DNA of 64,000 nucleotides from Minisyncoccia bacterium (lineage in GTDB: Bacteria; Patescibacteriota; Minisyncoccia; Phycocordibacterales; UBA9973): assembly GCA_041737125.1 (NCBI GenBank), contig JBGSSJ010000014.1, positions 1,533-65,532 on the forward strand, given 5' to 3'. Positions 61,739 through 64,000 of this stretch are shown here, in pieces. The first letter of the stretch is position 1; each line of letters begins with the position of its first letter. The position numbers and the translations under genes are program-made. The notes beneath the pieces were generated by a model. That model worked only from the letters and a program-made list of their open reading frames with translations. It made no database searches and was not told where the DNA came from.

Positions 61739-61918
61739 AAAAAGAACAAAATAAGAGCTCTCATTTGAGAGCTCTTATTTTGTTTCAATGTTTTTAGATT
61801 TATCTATAAAGCAAAATAGCAGCCCTCAAATTGTGGGAGTTGTAATACCAGAAGCTAAAGCTATTTATTGCAATACGATTCATATATTGTTTATATCATT
61901 TTGAGACTTATCGGTCAA
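61739..61918 (-). promoter_or_regulatory. Putative leader-peptide attenuator (promoter, 27-aa leader ORF 61883-61800, antiterminator, terminator)
   Basis: TTGACC-N17-TATAAA; MNRIAINSFSFWYYNSHNLRAAILLYR*; 61809-61829 is complementary to the 5' arm of the 19-bp terminator stem. Confidence 0.65.
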
Positions 61919-62534
61919 TCATTCTTTTTAACACTACGAAAGCCGTTAGGTTATTGTGGCTATCTTGTAGGTCCTTATCTATTATCTCAAGGTTATATAG
62001 GTCTGCTATGGATTTCGAGCCCAGTATTGCATAAGTCTCAGGTAGGGTTCCTTTAGCCAATGCCTCACCTGCTTTTGCTGTGTCCACCAGGTCTCCCTTA
62101 CCGCTTAGTGTTTCAAGCTCTGGGTACTTCTTTTTTAGCGTGCTTTTGCATTGTAGGAATACTTGCGGGTGAGCCATGATGTGAGTGATGGACTTCGTAT
62201 CGACACCCTTTTTCTTCATGAGGAAGTGCCTGACTATAATATTGAACTCACATACTATGTCGCATTTATGGCGAGCTACGGCGTATAGAGTCTCTGTGAC
62301 TACACCACCGACACTGTTGTGTAGGGCGCATATACCGTAATCAATATCCTTTTTAAAAAGGGAAGTGAGAACCTTCTCGGATGTATATAAGTATTTAATT
62401 TTAGGATTTTTAATTCCATTTTCCTCTATGTATTTATTCACAGCTTCCTCGCAGAAGCTACCCCTTGCACCTTGGATGCCGAAAGTTGTGTATTTCTTAT
62501 TGTCTTTTTTGACTCTTTTTTTCATAAGAACCAT
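61908..62534 (-). CDS. Prephenate dehydratase catalytic domain (no ACT domain)
   Basis: GIQGARGSFCEEA, ALHNSVGGVV, MAHPQVFLQC, DTAKA, QDSHNNLTAF. Confidence 0.85.
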   Translation of the reverse strand: MVLMKKRVKKDNKKYTTFGIQGARGSFCEEAVNKYIEENGIKNPKIKYLYTSEKVLTSLFKKDIDYGICALHNSVGGVVTETLYAVARHKCDIVCEFNIIVRHFLMKKKGVDTKSITHIMAHPQVFLQCKSTLKKKYPELETLSGKGDLVDTAKAGEALAKGTLPETYAILGSKSIADLYNLEIIDKDLQDSHNNLTAFVVLKRMIDR

Positions 62535-62568
62535 TGTATCATTTACATATCAGATATATCAATAAAAT

Positions 62569-62741
62569 AGTCGAAGGGAGTCTTTCCCGCAACTTAAATT
62601 ATCTCCTGCAGAAAAAGCTCCTTTTGGAGCTTTTTCTTAATGCGCGACATAGTGAACGAAGTGAGAACTGTTATTTGTAGATACTATGGTTGTGTTTATA
62701 TATCGAATCTAGCAGAAAAGCGAGAAATTAAAATTAATTAA
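62569..62741 (+). repeat. Junction unit A: AGTCGAAGG..TCTTT motif, hairpin, short peptide tail
   Basis: Homologous to 63509-63765 in DNA motifs and in the encoded peptide (MRDIVNEVRTVICRYYGCVYISNLAEK). Confidence 0.6.
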
Positions 62742-62744
62742 TAA

Positions 62745-63428
62745 CTAGTTTATATTATCCTGAATTACCCCCTCAAGTTCCTTTGCAGCTTTTTTAATAT
62801 ATTTTTCCATGATTTCTTCCATCTTAGATTTTATCTTTTCAAATTTTTCCTGATCTTTTTTTTTGAAACCATGGATATCTTTGTAGATCAAATCATGTTC
62901 AATCTCTGCCCAAGCATGATGAAGAATTGATGTTATTTGCACTTCACTTTTCAAATTAGTAAAATGTTGATATTCGCTCAATTGAAGTCTTTTAGGCCCG
63001 AAAGCCATTATTAAATGAGAGGCTTGATATCCACCATTTTTAATTCGTTCCTCAGCTTTTATTAATCCACTTATCTCATTTTTGATCTCTTTTAGAAATT
63101 TTACCCTATCGTGCTCGGTGTAGAAAATTACCCTAATTCCCACAAGATCTTCTATCTCATCTAGTGAAGCATAATATTTTCCTTCTTCTTTTTTACGAAT
63201 AAGTTTTTCTTCTAATCTATCTAGGGATTTCGTTCTAGATGAAATTTGATATTTATATTGACGTTCTCTAAGAAAAGCTTCAATTACTTTATGAATTACT
63301 CCTCTAAATTCTTCATAAATGAAGTATTTTTTTTTATATTCTACCAAAACATCTTCCAAATAATCTACTTCTTTTTTATACTTTGGATTAAATATAGCTA
63401 AAATATTATACAAAAATTGAGAAGCCAT
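62745..63428 (-). CDS. RelA/SpoT synthetase-domain protein (small alarmone synthetase-like)
   Basis: RTKSLDRLEEKL, DLVGIRVI, GYQASHL, EVQITSILHHAWAEIEHDLIYK. Confidence 0.88.
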   Translation of the reverse strand: MASQFLYNILAIFNPKYKKEVDYLEDVLVEYKKKYFIYEEFRGVIHKVIEAFLRERQYKYQISSRTKSLDRLEEKLIRKKEEGKYYASLDEIEDLVGIRVIFYTEHDRVKFLKEIKNEISGLIKAEERIKNGGYQASHLIMAFGPKRLQLSEYQHFTNLKSEVQITSILHHAWAEIEHDLIYKDIHGFKKKDQEKFEKIKSKMEEIMEKYIKKAAKELEGVIQDNIN

Positions 63429-63508
63429 ATTTATATTATAACAGTTTTCCGTTTAATACACCTACAACAAAAATAACCATATTACTATGGTTATTTTTTC
63501 TTTTGCGC

Positions 63509-63765
63509 AGTCGAAGGAAATCTTTCGCCATACAGTCGCGGGTGCTTTTCGCTCCGATTCAATCGGAGAACGAAAAGCCTTTCAAGATCCCTGCGCAAGC
63601 AAAGGTTTTGCTTGCTTATCCTGCACGAAAAAAGAGGCCTGAGGCCCCTTTTTTCTCTTGCGCGCCCTAGTGGACTCTGTTGGAACCGCTATAAGGGAAT
63701 ATAATGGTTACATTTATGTACCAAATCTAAAGGAAAAATCAGAAAAACTAGCCATATTGACATAA
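63509..63765 (+). repeat. Junction unit B: same motifs with extra hairpins, peptide tail LRALVDSVGTAIREYNGYIYVPNLKEK
   Basis: Homologous to 62569-62741. Confidence 0.6.
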
Positions 63766-63835
63766 TGGGTTATATTATGCTATAATATACATCAAGAACG
63801 ATGTTGTTCTTAATAAACAAATAGGAGATAAGAAA

Positions 63836-64000
63836 ATGAGTAAATCAGTGAGTATTGACCAATCTCATTCAGTTATCCAAGCCCTTGCTAACAATGTGGA
63901 CTGGAGTGTTCTGGATGGTGATATGTTGCAGGAAAAGATTATCAAAAATCAAAAGGAAGTTGGCAAACAGTTCACTCTGTTTTTGAAAAATGGTGGAAAA
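63836..64000 (+). CDS. Hypothetical protein, 5' part (runs off the window)
   Basis: TTGACA..TATAAT promoter, AGGAG RBS, open frame MSKSVSIDQSHSVIQALANNVDW... Confidence 0.7.
   Translation, partial: MSKSVSIDQSHSVIQALANNVDWSVLDGDMLQEKIIKNQKEVGKQFTLFLKNGGK

Overview
Low-GC chromosomal segment in standard genetic code that looks like Patescibacteria/CPR (Parcubacteria-like). The assignment is inferred from the missing rpmD, the compact type IV pilus/competence locus, the VirB4-like ATPase, the large Cys-rich paralogs and the many apparently leaderless genes. In order, the window holds: the distal spc operon (rplX end to secY) with an inserted membrane ORF; adk; archaeal-type pyrH; four tandem ~560-aa Cys-rich paralogs; map; a VirB4/TraG-like ATPase; ndk; a probable 6S RNA; a beta-CASP nuclease; infC-rpmI-rplT; truB; a phosphohexomutase; smpB and tmRNA; ftsH; tRNA-Ile(UAU); a ZIP/Fur/YibE metal module; an ECF sigma module; recG; a two-component pair; divergent tRNA-Ser(ACU) and tRNA-Ser(GCU); a comF plus pil locus; ligA; gatCA; a lone prephenate dehydratase domain; and a RelA/SpoT-domain gene between repeated junction units. 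The most notable signals are: (1) one ~100-bp palindromic element with a conserved core inserted in frame, in different frames, in both truB and ligA; (2) a Cys-rich gene array with nucleotide-identical junctions and a variable 7-bp repeat around divergent cores; (3) rare-anticodon tRNAs; (4) an aromatic-rich leader-peptide attenuator; (5) duplicated hairpin-plus-peptide-tail units around the RelA/SpoT gene. All calls were made by eye with no database searches.
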